NCBI GenBank assembly: GCA_030532225.1 | Contig: JAUNLQ010000003.1 | Location: 77,715 to 141,714 of the forward strand | Reading direction: 5' to 3' | Source of the DNA: Bacillota bacterium | GTDB lineage: Bacteria; Bacillota; Clostridia; Tissierellales; Peptoniphilaceae | Length of the DNA stretch: 64,000 nucleotides | In this document: positions 28,299-37,465 of the stretch, piece after piece | How positions within the stretch are numbered: position 1 is the stretch's first letter | Layout of the letters: the number at the start of each line of letters is the position of its first letter | Notes under the pieces: model-generated | What the model was told of the DNA's origin: nothing | Database searches by the model: none | Seen by the model: the letters and a program-made list of their open reading frames with translations, nothing else | Program-made: the position numbers and the translations under genes

Positions 28299-28313
28299 TG
28301 ATAACTGTTATCA
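28299..28313. promoter_or_regulatory. Fur/PerR-type 7-1-7 box upstream of rubrerythrin
   Basis: TGATAAC-T-GTTATCA perfect palindrome. Confidence 0.6.
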
Positions 28314-28368
28314 ATGAAAAAGCCCTTTGACTTATAAAAAAAGCTGGGAAGGCTCCCAACTTTTCTCC

Positions 28369-29199
28369 TTAAATATCTAATTCTAACAATATTGGTGTGT
28401 GGTCTTGGCGGTCTCCTGAATCTATCATAGTAGACCTTTTGATTTGGTCTTTGATCCTATCAGAAACTAAAAAGTAGTCTATTCTCCAGCCAGAGTTGTT
28501 AATCTTGCTAGTTTTTACTCTTTGGGCCCACCAAGTGTACTGGCCTTCAATATCCCCATGCAAGTATCTAAAGCTGTCTATAAAGCCCTTGTCCAATAAA
28601 TTAGTAAAGCCTTGTCTTTCTTCGTCAGTAAAGCCTGCTGACCTTCTGTTATTTTCTGGATGCTTTAGGTCAATTTCCTTGTGGGCTACATTAAAATCTC
28701 CTGTTGCTATAACTGGTTTGACCTGGTCTAAGGCAGCCAAATACTCTCCATAACAACGGTCCCACTCTTGTCTTTCTGCCAGTCTCTTTAGTCCATCTCC
28801 AGCATTAGGCGTATAAACTGTAGTAAAGAAAAAATCTTCAAATTCTAAATTTATTATTCTACCTTCTAAGTCCATTGGTTCAGGTGCTTGTATAGCTGGT
28901 ATTGTTACCTGGGGCTGAAATTCTTTCTTATAAAAAATCATAGTACCTGCATAGGATTTTCTGGCTCCTTGTCTAGAAGATGCCCAAACATAGTCATAAG
29001 CTGGAAAAATCTCAGCCAAAATTTCCATATGTTTTTTTGTAGGTCCTTTTTCAGATAGTTTAGTTTCTTGGATGGCTATAAAATCTGGATCATAGTCCTT
29101 TATAGTATCTAAGACCTGTCTAGACATTTGTGCCCTAGCAGAATCACTGGTCAAAGCTGCGTTAAGGGAATCTATATTCCATGAAATAAATTTTTTCAT
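28369..29199 (-). CDS. exoA: Exodeoxyribonuclease III / AP endonuclease
   Basis: SWNIDSL, IQETK, VYTPN, GDFNVAH, GWRIDY, DHTP. Confidence 0.94.
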   Translation of the reverse strand: MKKFISWNIDSLNAALTSDSARAQMSRQVLDTIKDYDPDFIAIQETKLSEKGPTKKHMEILAEIFPAYDYVWASSRQGARKSYAGTMIFYKKEFQPQVTIPAIQAPEPMDLEGRIINLEFEDFFFTTVYTPNAGDGLKRLAERQEWDRCYGEYLAALDQVKPVIATGDFNVAHKEIDLKHPENNRRSAGFTDEERQGFTNLLDKGFIDSFRYLHGDIEGQYTWWAQRVKTSKINNSGWRIDYFLVSDRIKDQIKRSTMIDSGDRQDHTPILLELDI

Positions 29200-29308
29200 C
29201 TGTCCTCCTTGGAATTTTTTCTTCTATATATAGTATAGCAAAGATATATTCTTTTAGAAAACAATTTGTCCCAAGTATGGTAAAATATTTTTATTAAGGG
29301 AGGATTTT

Positions 29309-30211
29309 ATGAAGCTAGCAGCCTATGATTATGCCTATGTTGAATTTTTTGTAGACTTGGACCAAGGGCTTTTTGAATTTTTAAAAGGCCAAGGCCTATC
29401 TGAAAGATTTATAAAAGGCTCCTATAGAAAATCTTTAATAAAAATAAATAACAAAGAGCCAAAATTTCCATTTCAGCTTTATAAAAATGACCTAGTTAGA
29501 ATCTATTATGAAGACCAGACCCCTAGGACTCAGGCTTGTAGCTATGCTGACTTGGACATTGTCTATGAAAACGAAAATTTTCTTTTACTTAACAAGGCTC
29601 CAGGCATTTCTGTCCATCCAACTTTTTCTAGACAGAAAAATACCCTCCTGGACAAGCTTGGCTCCTACTTTAAAGACCAGCAAATCCACAGACCAGTTCG
29701 CCTAGTTAACAGGCTAGATTTGGAAACATCTGGCCTAATTTTAGTTGCCAAAAATCCCCTTTTCCAAGACCAAGTGTCCAGGGACTTTGGCTCTGGCCTA
29801 GTGGAAAAATCTTATTTGGCCCTAGTCCAAGGAAATTTTAAAGAAAAGATCCTTTTGGAAAAAGAAATCTTGGACCAAGAGGACTTTAAGATGAAAAGAA
29901 TAGTTGACCCTAGGGGAAAAATGGCAATAACAAGCCTTGTCCCCCTTAAGTCTACTGAAAGCTATTCCCTAGTCCAGGCCCAGCCTTTAACTGGTAGAAG
30001 TCACCAAATTAGAGTCCATCTTGCCTACTTAGGCCATCCGATTTTAGCAGACCAACTTTATGGTAAAAACTCTGACCTAATAAGTCGCTGTGCCCTCCAC
30101 TCTCATTCCTTAAGTTTTGTAGATCCTTTTAGCAAAGAAAGAAAAAGCTTTAAGGCTAAGGTCCCTGCTGATATGGAAGTCTTAATAAAGGGACTTGGCC
30201 TTAAAATCTAG
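29309..30211 (+). CDS. RluA family pseudouridine synthase
   Basis: LNKAPG..VHP, VNRLDLETSGL, TGRSHQIRVH, GHPILADQLYG. Confidence 0.93.
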   Translation: MKLAAYDYAYVEFFVDLDQGLFEFLKGQGLSERFIKGSYRKSLIKINNKEPKFPFQLYKNDLVRIYYEDQTPRTQACSYADLDIVYENENFLLLNKAPGISVHPTFSRQKNTLLDKLGSYFKDQQIHRPVRLVNRLDLETSGLILVAKNPLFQDQVSRDFGSGLVEKSYLALVQGNFKEKILLEKEILDQEDFKMKRIVDPRGKMAITSLVPLKSTESYSLVQAQPLTGRSHQIRVHLAYLGHPILADQLYGKNSDLISRCALHSHSLSFVDPFSKERKSFKAKVPADMEVLIKGLGLKI

Positions 30212-30216
30212 AAAAT

Positions 30217-30240
30217 GTTTATAAATCTTTTTATGGGTAA
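30217..30240 (+). promoter_or_regulatory. SigB-type promoter of pirin
   Basis: GTTTAT-N12-GGGTAA. Confidence 0.62.
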
Positions 30241-30285
30241 AATACTTACAGGATAGCTTTAATAGATTTTTACAAGGAGGATTAT

Positions 30286-31131
30286 ATGAATAGAAAATTA
30301 AAAGAAGTAATAATTGGCAGACCTGGAGTAGATGGAAAGGTATCCTTGGTCCATGTACTTTCTAGGAGAAATCTTAAAGATGCTGATCCTCTACTACTCA
30401 TGGATGCCTTTAAGTCAGACGATCCTGGCGAGTACTCAGCTGGCTTTCCTATGCACCCTCACAGAGGCATAGAAACAATCTCTTATGTTTACAGCGGGTC
30501 TATGGTCCACAAAGACTCCCTAGGCAACGAAGATGCTGTAAGTGATGGAGGAGTTCAGTGGATGACTGCAGGCTCAGGAATCTTCCACGAGGAAATGATA
30601 CCTGCTGTGCCCCATCTTTTAGGAGTCCAAATTTGGCTTAACTTAGCTAGCAAGGACAAAATGGCTCAACCTAGCTATCACAATATATCAGATATTAGAG
30701 AAATTCCCTTTGATGGAGGCTTTGTAAGACTTTTGGCAGGCCAATATGAAAATTCCAAGGGCTTCCAATCTAAATACCAAGCAGTAACTTATTTAGACGT
30801 TCACATTTATCCAGGATCTAAATTTGAAATGGACCTTGAAGAAGATAGGACTCTTATGCTTTTTGCCCTAATTGGTGAAGCTTATGTTGAAGACCAACTT
30901 ATACCAAACTTTTCAGCAGGTCTAGGAGAAGACAAAGGGGACAAAGTCGTTATTGAAAATAGGTCAGACCAAGAAGTTTCCATACTATTGTTTACTTCAA
31001 AGAAAATTCAGGAACCTGTAGCCTGGCCAACTGGACCAATAGTAATGAACACCCAAGAAGAAATTGACCTTGCCTACCAAGAAATTGAAGATGGAACATT
31101 CTTAAAAGACCATATAGACATGAATGCTTAA
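30286..31131 (+). CDS. Pirin family protein
   Basis: GFPMHPHRGIETISY, HKDSLGN, QWMTAGSGIFHEE, GPIVMNT. Confidence 0.95.
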   Translation: MNRKLKEVIIGRPGVDGKVSLVHVLSRRNLKDADPLLLMDAFKSDDPGEYSAGFPMHPHRGIETISYVYSGSMVHKDSLGNEDAVSDGGVQWMTAGSGIFHEEMIPAVPHLLGVQIWLNLASKDKMAQPSYHNISDIREIPFDGGFVRLLAGQYENSKGFQSKYQAVTYLDVHIYPGSKFEMDLEEDRTLMLFALIGEAYVEDQLIPNFSAGLGEDKGDKVVIENRSDQEVSILLFTSKKIQEPVAWPTGPIVMNTQEEIDLAYQEIEDGTFLKDHIDMNA

Positions 31132-31149
31132 AATTTTTTGGAGGGACTT

Positions 31150-31521
31150 ATGAGAAGAATTTATACAGCTGATACAGTAAGATCATCTGGCCCATATTCC
31201 CATTGTGTAGAGGGAAACAGCCACATTTTTATATCTGGCCAAACTGCCTTAAATGGAAAAAATCCAGGACCTAAGGGAGATATAGTAGACCAAACTAAAA
31301 AGGCCTTTGAAAACTTAGAGGCAATTTTAAAAGAAGCAAATCTCAGCTTCGATAATGTATTAAAGGTAAATGTCTACCTAACTTCTATGAAATATTTTGA
31401 TGATATGAACCAGGTTTATAAGGAATACTTTAAAGAACCCTACCCTGCTAGAACCTGTGTGGCAGTTTTAGAACTTCCCCTTGGGGCAGATATAGAAATT
31501 GAATTAGTTTGTCAAAGATAA
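31150..31521 (+). CDS. RidA family enamine deaminase
   Basis: GPYS, ISGQ, PYPARTCVAV..LPLGADIEIE. Confidence 0.92.
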   Translation: MRRIYTADTVRSSGPYSHCVEGNSHIFISGQTALNGKNPGPKGDIVDQTKKAFENLEAILKEANLSFDNVLKVNVYLTSMKYFDDMNQVYKEYFKEPYPARTCVAVLELPLGADIEIELVCQR

Positions 31522-31627
31522 GTTTTAAATAGAATAAATGTATAGATAATATTGTAAGAATTTTAGGTCTAGCCTGGCTAGGCCTTTTTTATTTGGAAAA
31601 ATTTTATTATACTAGACTAAAGGAGGG

Positions 31628-32893
31628 ATGGACTTGAAAGATATTAGCTCCCTAAGAAGAGACTTTCACAAAATAGCCGAACCTGGCTGGATGGAAGTCC
31701 AAACAACTATAAAAATTATAAAATACTTAAAGGACCTAGGCTTCCAAGTCTACTACGGCAAAAACATCCATGGCCAAAGACTAGGCCTGCCTGATCCAGA
31801 ATTTTTTTCTGCCTATGTTGCTAGCTTAAAATTTGAAGATATAAACTTTAATATTGAAGAAATTCTCCAAGGCTATACTGGTTGTATTGGAGTCTTTGAC
31901 ACAGGTAGACCTGGCCCTACTACAGCCCTAAGGGCAGACATAGACGCCTTAACAGTTAGTGAATCCAAGGACCCTAACCATAGACCTAACAAGGAAGGCT
32001 TTACAAGTACAAATGACTTTGCCTCCCATTGTTGCGGCCATGACGGCCATATAGCCATTGGCCTAAAAACCTGCCAAGAAATCCTAGCAAGGGCTGACCA
32101 ACTTTCTGGCAAGTTTATAGTAATTTTTCAGCCAGCAGAAGAAGGAGTTCGTGGCGCCTTGTCTATGAAGGACCTGGAAATCTTAGACCAAATTGACTAT
32201 TTTCTAGGCAGTCATCTTGGTATGGGATTAGAATCTGGCCTTATAGGCCTAGGAACAGAAAACTTTCTAGCCTACCAAAGCTATGATATAGACCTATTTG
32301 GCAGGGCCTCCCATGCTGGAATGGCTCCAGACCAAGGAAGGTCTGCAATTTTAGGGGCAGCAGCTCTGACCCTAGGCCTCCACAGCCTTAGCCAGTACCA
32401 GTCTACAACTAGGCTAAATGTTGGAGTCCTTAAAGGAGGAAGTGGGAGAAATGTTCTTCCAAGTCAGGCCAGCCTCCAAGTGGAAATTAGGGCAGATGAC
32501 AACACTGCCATAGCAGACCTGGCCCAAAGACTCAAAGCCATGGTCCAAGGAACAGCAGCAGCCTATGAACTAACCTACCAACTCCTTGGCCAAGGTTACG
32601 CCCAAGGCTACACCACTAAAAATCCAGACTTTGTAGACTCAAGTGCAAGCTATTTGAAAAATAAGGGCTATAAACTTCTTTTAAGACCTAACTTTAACGC
32701 CAGCGAAGACGTAAGTATATTCTTAAATAAAGTAGAAGAAAACGGCGGCAAGGCCCTCCACTTTATTTTTGGCTCAGAATTAAAAGGAAGCCACCACCAA
32801 GAAGACTTTGACTTTGACGAAACTAGCCTAAGCTTGGCAGTAGAAGTATATATGGCTATGATAGAGAAATTTAATGGAATAAAAAACCAATAA
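31628..32893 (+). CDS. M20 amidohydrolase (AbgA-like), copy 1
   Basis: RRDFHK, LRADIDAL, CGHDGH, FQPAEEG, SED, HHQEDFDFDE. Confidence 0.9.
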   Translation: MDLKDISSLRRDFHKIAEPGWMEVQTTIKIIKYLKDLGFQVYYGKNIHGQRLGLPDPEFFSAYVASLKFEDINFNIEEILQGYTGCIGVFDTGRPGPTTALRADIDALTVSESKDPNHRPNKEGFTSTNDFASHCCGHDGHIAIGLKTCQEILARADQLSGKFIVIFQPAEEGVRGALSMKDLEILDQIDYFLGSHLGMGLESGLIGLGTENFLAYQSYDIDLFGRASHAGMAPDQGRSAILGAAALTLGLHSLSQYQSTTRLNVGVLKGGSGRNVLPSQASLQVEIRADDNTAIADLAQRLKAMVQGTAAAYELTYQLLGQGYAQGYTTKNPDFVDSSASYLKNKGYKLLLRPNFNASEDVSIFLNKVEENGGKALHFIFGSELKGSHHQEDFDFDETSLSLAVEVYMAMIEKFNGIKNQ

Positions 32894-32971
32894 AAAAAGA
32901 AAGGCTATAAGCTTAAATGCCCATAGCCTTTTAAAATGTTATTGATTTGTTAGTATAAAAAGTTTTGTCTA

Positions 32972-33199
32972 TCAGCCCCTTCTAATAGGATGTGGCTGAA
33001 ATTTTTCTTTCATTAATTCCACTATTCTTCTAGGTCTATCTTTTGCTTTTAATTTTTGACCGTCATTTTGGGTGACATTTTGAGAGTCATTTTGGGTGTC
33101 ATAATTTAGAATCTTTAGGATTGAAGTAAAAGAGCTTTCTGTTGACTTGAACTCTGGTTTTAGTTTTTCTTTATAATTTTCTTCTCCTTCAAATGCTTC
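32972..33199 (-). pseudogene. 3' remnant of an AlbA_2/RecG-C-like ATP-binding/wHTH gene
   Basis: Start-less open frame EAFEGEENYKEKLKPEFKSTESSFTSILKILNYDTQNDSQNVTQNDGQ...; 12-bp tandem repeats at 33062-33102. Family call is from memory of similar C-termini. Confidence 0.5.
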
Positions 33200-33901
33200 T
33201 TATTCTTGACCATTTATTTTTTCTATTATCTCTTTTACCTGTCTAAGGTCGGAAATATTATAATCAACTTGGCTTTCTGCTAGGTCCAGGCCCTTTGGAT
33301 TATAAAAAATATTTTTAAAGCCACAGTTTTTTGATAGTTGGATATCTGATGTTAGGGAGTCTCCTACTATTATATATTCTTCTAGTTTTGACTGTGGGAA
33401 CTCATCTAATATTGCCTGAAAAAATCTTGGGTCTGGTTTTTCAAATCCTACTAGGTCTGATATAAAAATTCCATCTAAAAGCTGGTCTAGACCAGATCTT
33501 TTTAGTTTGCCTTTTTGGGCAACTATTGTGCCATTGGTGGCTGCAAGTTGTATATATTTTCCCTTTAGGTCTTTTACAACTTCTAGGCCATAGGGTGAAA
33601 AGGCTGCAACTCTGCCTAGGTTTTCTTGGTAGGACTTATTAAAGTCAGGAACCAAAGAAGAATCCAGCTTATAAAGGTCGAAAAGGTCATAAAATCTGCC
33701 TTCTAAGACCTGGATTTTTTCCAGTTCTCCCCTTTCTAGTCTTTGCCAGTAGCTTTTGTTTATTTGTCTATAGTTTTCTAATAGTTCTTCACTTGGCTTA
33801 CCTAGGCCAAATTCTTCAAAGCTGGCCTCAATAGACCTAGCCTCTGCCAAAGAAAAGTCCAAAAGGGTTCCGTCTATGTCCCAAAGTATATATTTAATCA
33901 T
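33200..33901 (-). CDS. HAD hydrolase, YjjG family nucleotidase
   Basis: WDIDGTLLDF, TNG, EKPDPRFF, VGDSLTSDI. Confidence 0.92.
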   Translation of the reverse strand: MIKYILWDIDGTLLDFSLAEARSIEASFEEFGLGKPSEELLENYRQINKSYWQRLERGELEKIQVLEGRFYDLFDLYKLDSSLVPDFNKSYQENLGRVAAFSPYGLEVVKDLKGKYIQLAATNGTIVAQKGKLKRSGLDQLLDGIFISDLVGFEKPDPRFFQAILDEFPQSKLEEYIIVGDSLTSDIQLSKNCGFKNIFYNPKGLDLAESQVDYNISDLRQVKEIIEKINGQE

Positions 33902-34124
33902 ATTAGTTCCTAAGTTTATTTCTCCTAATATTTTACTTTATTAAAATTGTAATTGCAAAGTCCAATATAGTTTTTATTTCTTAAATAGAATTTTTATTTA
34001 TAATTTTTTTTAAGATTTTTATGCTAAAGGTCAATTTATTTAGTTTTTTACGTTAATTTATAGACTAAACTTTATTTTACTTATTCCTTAGTTTATAATA
34101 AATATATGAAAGGGAGGTGATATT

Positions 34125-35375
34125 GTGCAAGATATAGTGTCTCTAAGAAGGGACTTCCATAAGATTGCCGAAACTGGCTGGTTGGAAATCCAAACTACTA
34201 TTAAGGTTATTGGTCATCTCTTAGATTTAGGCTTTGAAGTGAAATATGGCAAAGAGGTTCATACTGAAAGGATTGGAGTGCCTAAACAAGCTGTTTATGA
34301 TGCTTATTTAAATACTATTAGTCTGCCTCAGGTCTCTTTTGATATTTCTGAAATCATCCAAGGCTATACTGGTTGTGTTGGTGTTTTTGATACTGGTAAA
34401 CCAGGGCCTACTGTTGCTATTAGGTCTGATATAGATGCTGTTGGTCTTAGGGAAAGCGATTCCATAAACCATCTAGCTAATATTGAAGGCTTTAGAAGTA
34501 CAAATGATTTTGCCATGCATGCTTGTGGCCATGATGGTCATATGGCTATTACTTTAAAAACTTGCCAAAGAATTGTAGATGAAAAAGACAAGCTAAAAGG
34601 CAAATATGTAGTTGTTTTTCAACCTGCTGAAGAAGGAGTTCGTGGAGGACTTTCTATGAGTAAGCTGGATATTATAGGTGAAGTTGATTATCTTTTAGGC
34701 GGCCATATTGGTATGGGTATGGAAACTGGAACTATTGGAGTTGGAACTGATAATTTTTTAGGTACAAAAAAGTTTGACATTAGTCTAAAGGGTAGGGCAG
34801 CCCATGCTGGAATGGCTCCTGACCAAGGTAGGTCTGCAATTTTAGGTGCAGCAGCCTTGACCTTAGGTCTCCACAGCCTTAGCCAGTACAGAGCCACTTC
34901 TAGGATCAATGTTGGCCAAATTTCTGGAGGAACTGGCAGAAATGTTGTTGCTCCAAATGCAGAGCTTCTGCTGGAAATTAGGGCTGACGACAATGAGATT
35001 TTAGAAGATTTAGACTCAAGGGTAAGGATCATGTCCAAATCAACAGCCCAAGCCTATGAACTAGAAGAAGAAATCGTCCTAGCTGGAGCAGCTGAAATGT
35101 TTTCTACTAGACATCCTGAATTTGTCAAGGAAACTACTGATTATTTAAGAGCCAAGGGCTACAAGGTTTTTGAAAAGCCTTCTCTAAATGCCAGTGAAGA
35201 CATTAGCTTCTATCTTAACAGGGTTGAAAAAAATGCTGGCAGGGTTATGCACTTTTTATTTGGTTCAAATTTAAAGGCTGCCCACCACAATGAAAGTTTT
35301 GATTTTGATGAAAGTATATTGCCTATTGCTGTAAATCTATATATGGATATGATTTACAAGTTTAATAATCATTAA
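34125..35375 (+). CDS. M20 amidohydrolase (AbgA-like), copy 2
   Basis: RRDFHK, MHACGHDGH, FQPAEEG, SED, HHNESFDFDE; upstream of abgT. Confidence 0.9.
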   Translation: MQDIVSLRRDFHKIAETGWLEIQTTIKVIGHLLDLGFEVKYGKEVHTERIGVPKQAVYDAYLNTISLPQVSFDISEIIQGYTGCVGVFDTGKPGPTVAIRSDIDAVGLRESDSINHLANIEGFRSTNDFAMHACGHDGHMAITLKTCQRIVDEKDKLKGKYVVVFQPAEEGVRGGLSMSKLDIIGEVDYLLGGHIGMGMETGTIGVGTDNFLGTKKFDISLKGRAAHAGMAPDQGRSAILGAAALTLGLHSLSQYRATSRINVGQISGGTGRNVVAPNAELLLEIRADDNEILEDLDSRVRIMSKSTAQAYELEEEIVLAGAAEMFSTRHPEFVKETTDYLRAKGYKVFEKPSLNASEDISFYLNRVEKNAGRVMHFLFGSNLKAAHHNESFDFDESILPIAVNLYMDMIYKFNNH

Positions 35376-35388
35376 GGGAGGTAAAAAA

Positions 35389-36894
35389 ATGACAGAAAAG
35401 AAAAAAACTGGTGGATTCCTCGGTTGGGTTGAAAGAACTGGAAACAAAATTCCTCATCCAATAATCCTTTTCCTTTGGTTAATGGCCATTATTGCAGTAT
35501 TATCATTGATTATTGGTGGAAAGACCATTACTAACCCTACAACTGGTGAGGATGTTGTAATTAATAATCTACTGTCTGGTCCTGGTATGTCTTATATCTT
35601 GACTAGTATGATCAAAAACTTCGTAAACTTTGCACCTTTAGGATTAATTCTTACTATGACCCTTGGTATTGGTCTTGCTGAAGAAGTAGGCCTTATGAGT
35701 GCCTTTATGAGAAAGACAATTTTAGGTGCTCCTGACAAGGTTATAGTACCAGCTATTATGATAATTGGTATTTGTGGTAACATTGCATCAGACGCTGCCA
35801 TTATTATTGTTCCAACCCTAGCGGCTATGATCTACTACTATCTTGGCAAAAACCCAGTTGCAGGTGTAGCCATTGGTTATGCTTCAACAACTGCAGGTTT
35901 CTCAGCCAACCTTATAATCGCTGGAACAGATGCTCTTTTACAAGGTATTACCAATGAAGCTTCAGCCTTAGTTGGCGCTCCAGAAATAGAAATTACTTCT
36001 AACTGGTATATTATGATAGCTTCTACATTCTTACTTACTCTTGTTGGTACACTTGTTAACAACAAGATTATAGAACCAAGAGTTGGTCCATATAACAAGA
36101 AACTTGATATGGAAAAAGCTGAAATTACAGCAGAAGAAAACAAGGGACTTAGGGCAGCAGGTATTACCCTACTAATCTACCTTGCTATTATAATAATAGC
36201 CTGTATCCCACAAAACTCTTTCTTCAGAAATCCTGAAACTGGTTCTCTTACTAACAAGTCTGTTTTATTAAAGGGACTTGTACCACTAATTCTACTTATG
36301 TTTATTGCCATTTCTATAGCCTATGGAAAGGCTTCTGGCTACATTAAAAATGCTGGCAAAGAAGTACCTGCCATAATGTCTAGGGCAATAGCTAAGATGA
36401 GTGGCTTTATAGTATTGGCCTTTGTTATTGGTCAATTTATAGGTTGGTTCTCTTGGACTAACATGGGCCTATATATGGCTATATCACTAACTGAAGCCTT
36501 GAAATCAGCCAACGCAACAGGAATACCACTATTTATTGGTTATGTCCTAATTTGTTCATTTATCAATATCTTTATCGGATCTGGATCTGCTAAGTGGGCC
36601 TTAATGGCACCTATCTTTGTACCAATGATGTACCTACTAGGCTACCACCCATCTTGGGCTCAGTTCCTATACAGAGTTGGTGACTCATCAACAAACATAA
36701 TCTCTCCACTATTTAACTACTTCCCAATAATCCTTGCCTTTATGCAAGATTATGACGAAGATGCAGGAGCAGGTACCCTACTATCACTAATGATTCCATA
36801 CTCTTTAATATTCTTAATTACATGGATATTATTCGCTATAGTTTGGTACTTCCTAGACCTACCTCTAGGCGTTGGTGGACAAATATTCCTATAA
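35389..36894 (+). CDS. abgT: AbgT family transporter
   Basis: VERTGNKIPHP, NFVNFAPLG, GSGSAKWALMAPIFVPM, YRVGDSSTNIISP. Confidence 0.92.
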   Translation: MTEKKKTGGFLGWVERTGNKIPHPIILFLWLMAIIAVLSLIIGGKTITNPTTGEDVVINNLLSGPGMSYILTSMIKNFVNFAPLGLILTMTLGIGLAEEVGLMSAFMRKTILGAPDKVIVPAIMIIGICGNIASDAAIIIVPTLAAMIYYYLGKNPVAGVAIGYASTTAGFSANLIIAGTDALLQGITNEASALVGAPEIEITSNWYIMIASTFLLTLVGTLVNNKIIEPRVGPYNKKLDMEKAEITAEENKGLRAAGITLLIYLAIIIIACIPQNSFFRNPETGSLTNKSVLLKGLVPLILLMFIAISIAYGKASGYIKNAGKEVPAIMSRAIAKMSGFIVLAFVIGQFIGWFSWTNMGLYMAISLTEALKSANATGIPLFIGYVLICSFINIFIGSGSAKWALMAPIFVPMMYLLGYHPSWAQFLYRVGDSSTNIISPLFNYFPIILAFMQDYDEDAGAGTLLSLMIPYSLIFLITWILFAIVWYFLDLPLGVGGQIFL

Positions 36895-36916
36895 AAGTAT
36901 AAAAATAAAAGTTTTA

Positions 36917-36948
36917 GACCTTCCAGTTTTTTAGCTGGAAGGTTTTTT
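36917..36948 (+). terminator. Intrinsic terminator after abgT
   Basis: ACCTTCCAG..CTGGAAGGT stem followed by a T-run. Confidence 0.8.
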
Positions 36949-36996
36949 ATCCATGAAAAAAGCCCCCTCACAAAGAGAAGGCTAAAAAGTATTTTC

Positions 36997-37320
36997 CTAT
37001 TCAATTGTAAACTCTATCCAGCCTTGGGACTTTTTCTCAATTATTTCCCCAATACCAGCCCTAACAGTCCTAATATTTTCATCAAAAATAGCCTCCATTT
37101 TAGCAGTGTTTAAGGCATTTTGACAAAGGGCCACATCTAAGTCTGGTCTTTTAAAATAAGAATAGTCTCCCTTAAAATATTCTACAACATTGCCAGAAAA
37201 AACTATTTCGATTTGTAAATCCTTGCCTACTTCTTCCATATAAGTTTTTAAATTTGTAATTTTAGTTTTTAGTTTGTCTACTAGTTCAAGTTTTTCAATT
37301 CTAAATAAAACTTTGTACAT
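36997..37320 (-). CDS. DsrE-like small protein
   Basis: IEIVFSGNVV, ALCQNAL, VRAGIGEIIEK..GW. Confidence 0.7.
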   Translation of the reverse strand: MYKVLFRIEKLELVDKLKTKITNLKTYMEEVGKDLQIEIVFSGNVVEYFKGDYSYFKRPDLDVALCQNALNTAKMEAIFDENIRTVRAGIGEIIEKKSQGWIEFTIE

Positions 37321-37465
37321 AAAATTTCCTCCTTTAATGTCTAGTCTATAGTCTTTATACCATTTTTTAGCTAAGAAAAATCAGCCAAGGAAGAATTATC
37401 TACAAAAAAAAGGCCTAAAAAAGCAAATAGCTTTTCAGGCCCTTTTATATATAAAGAGGTTATTA

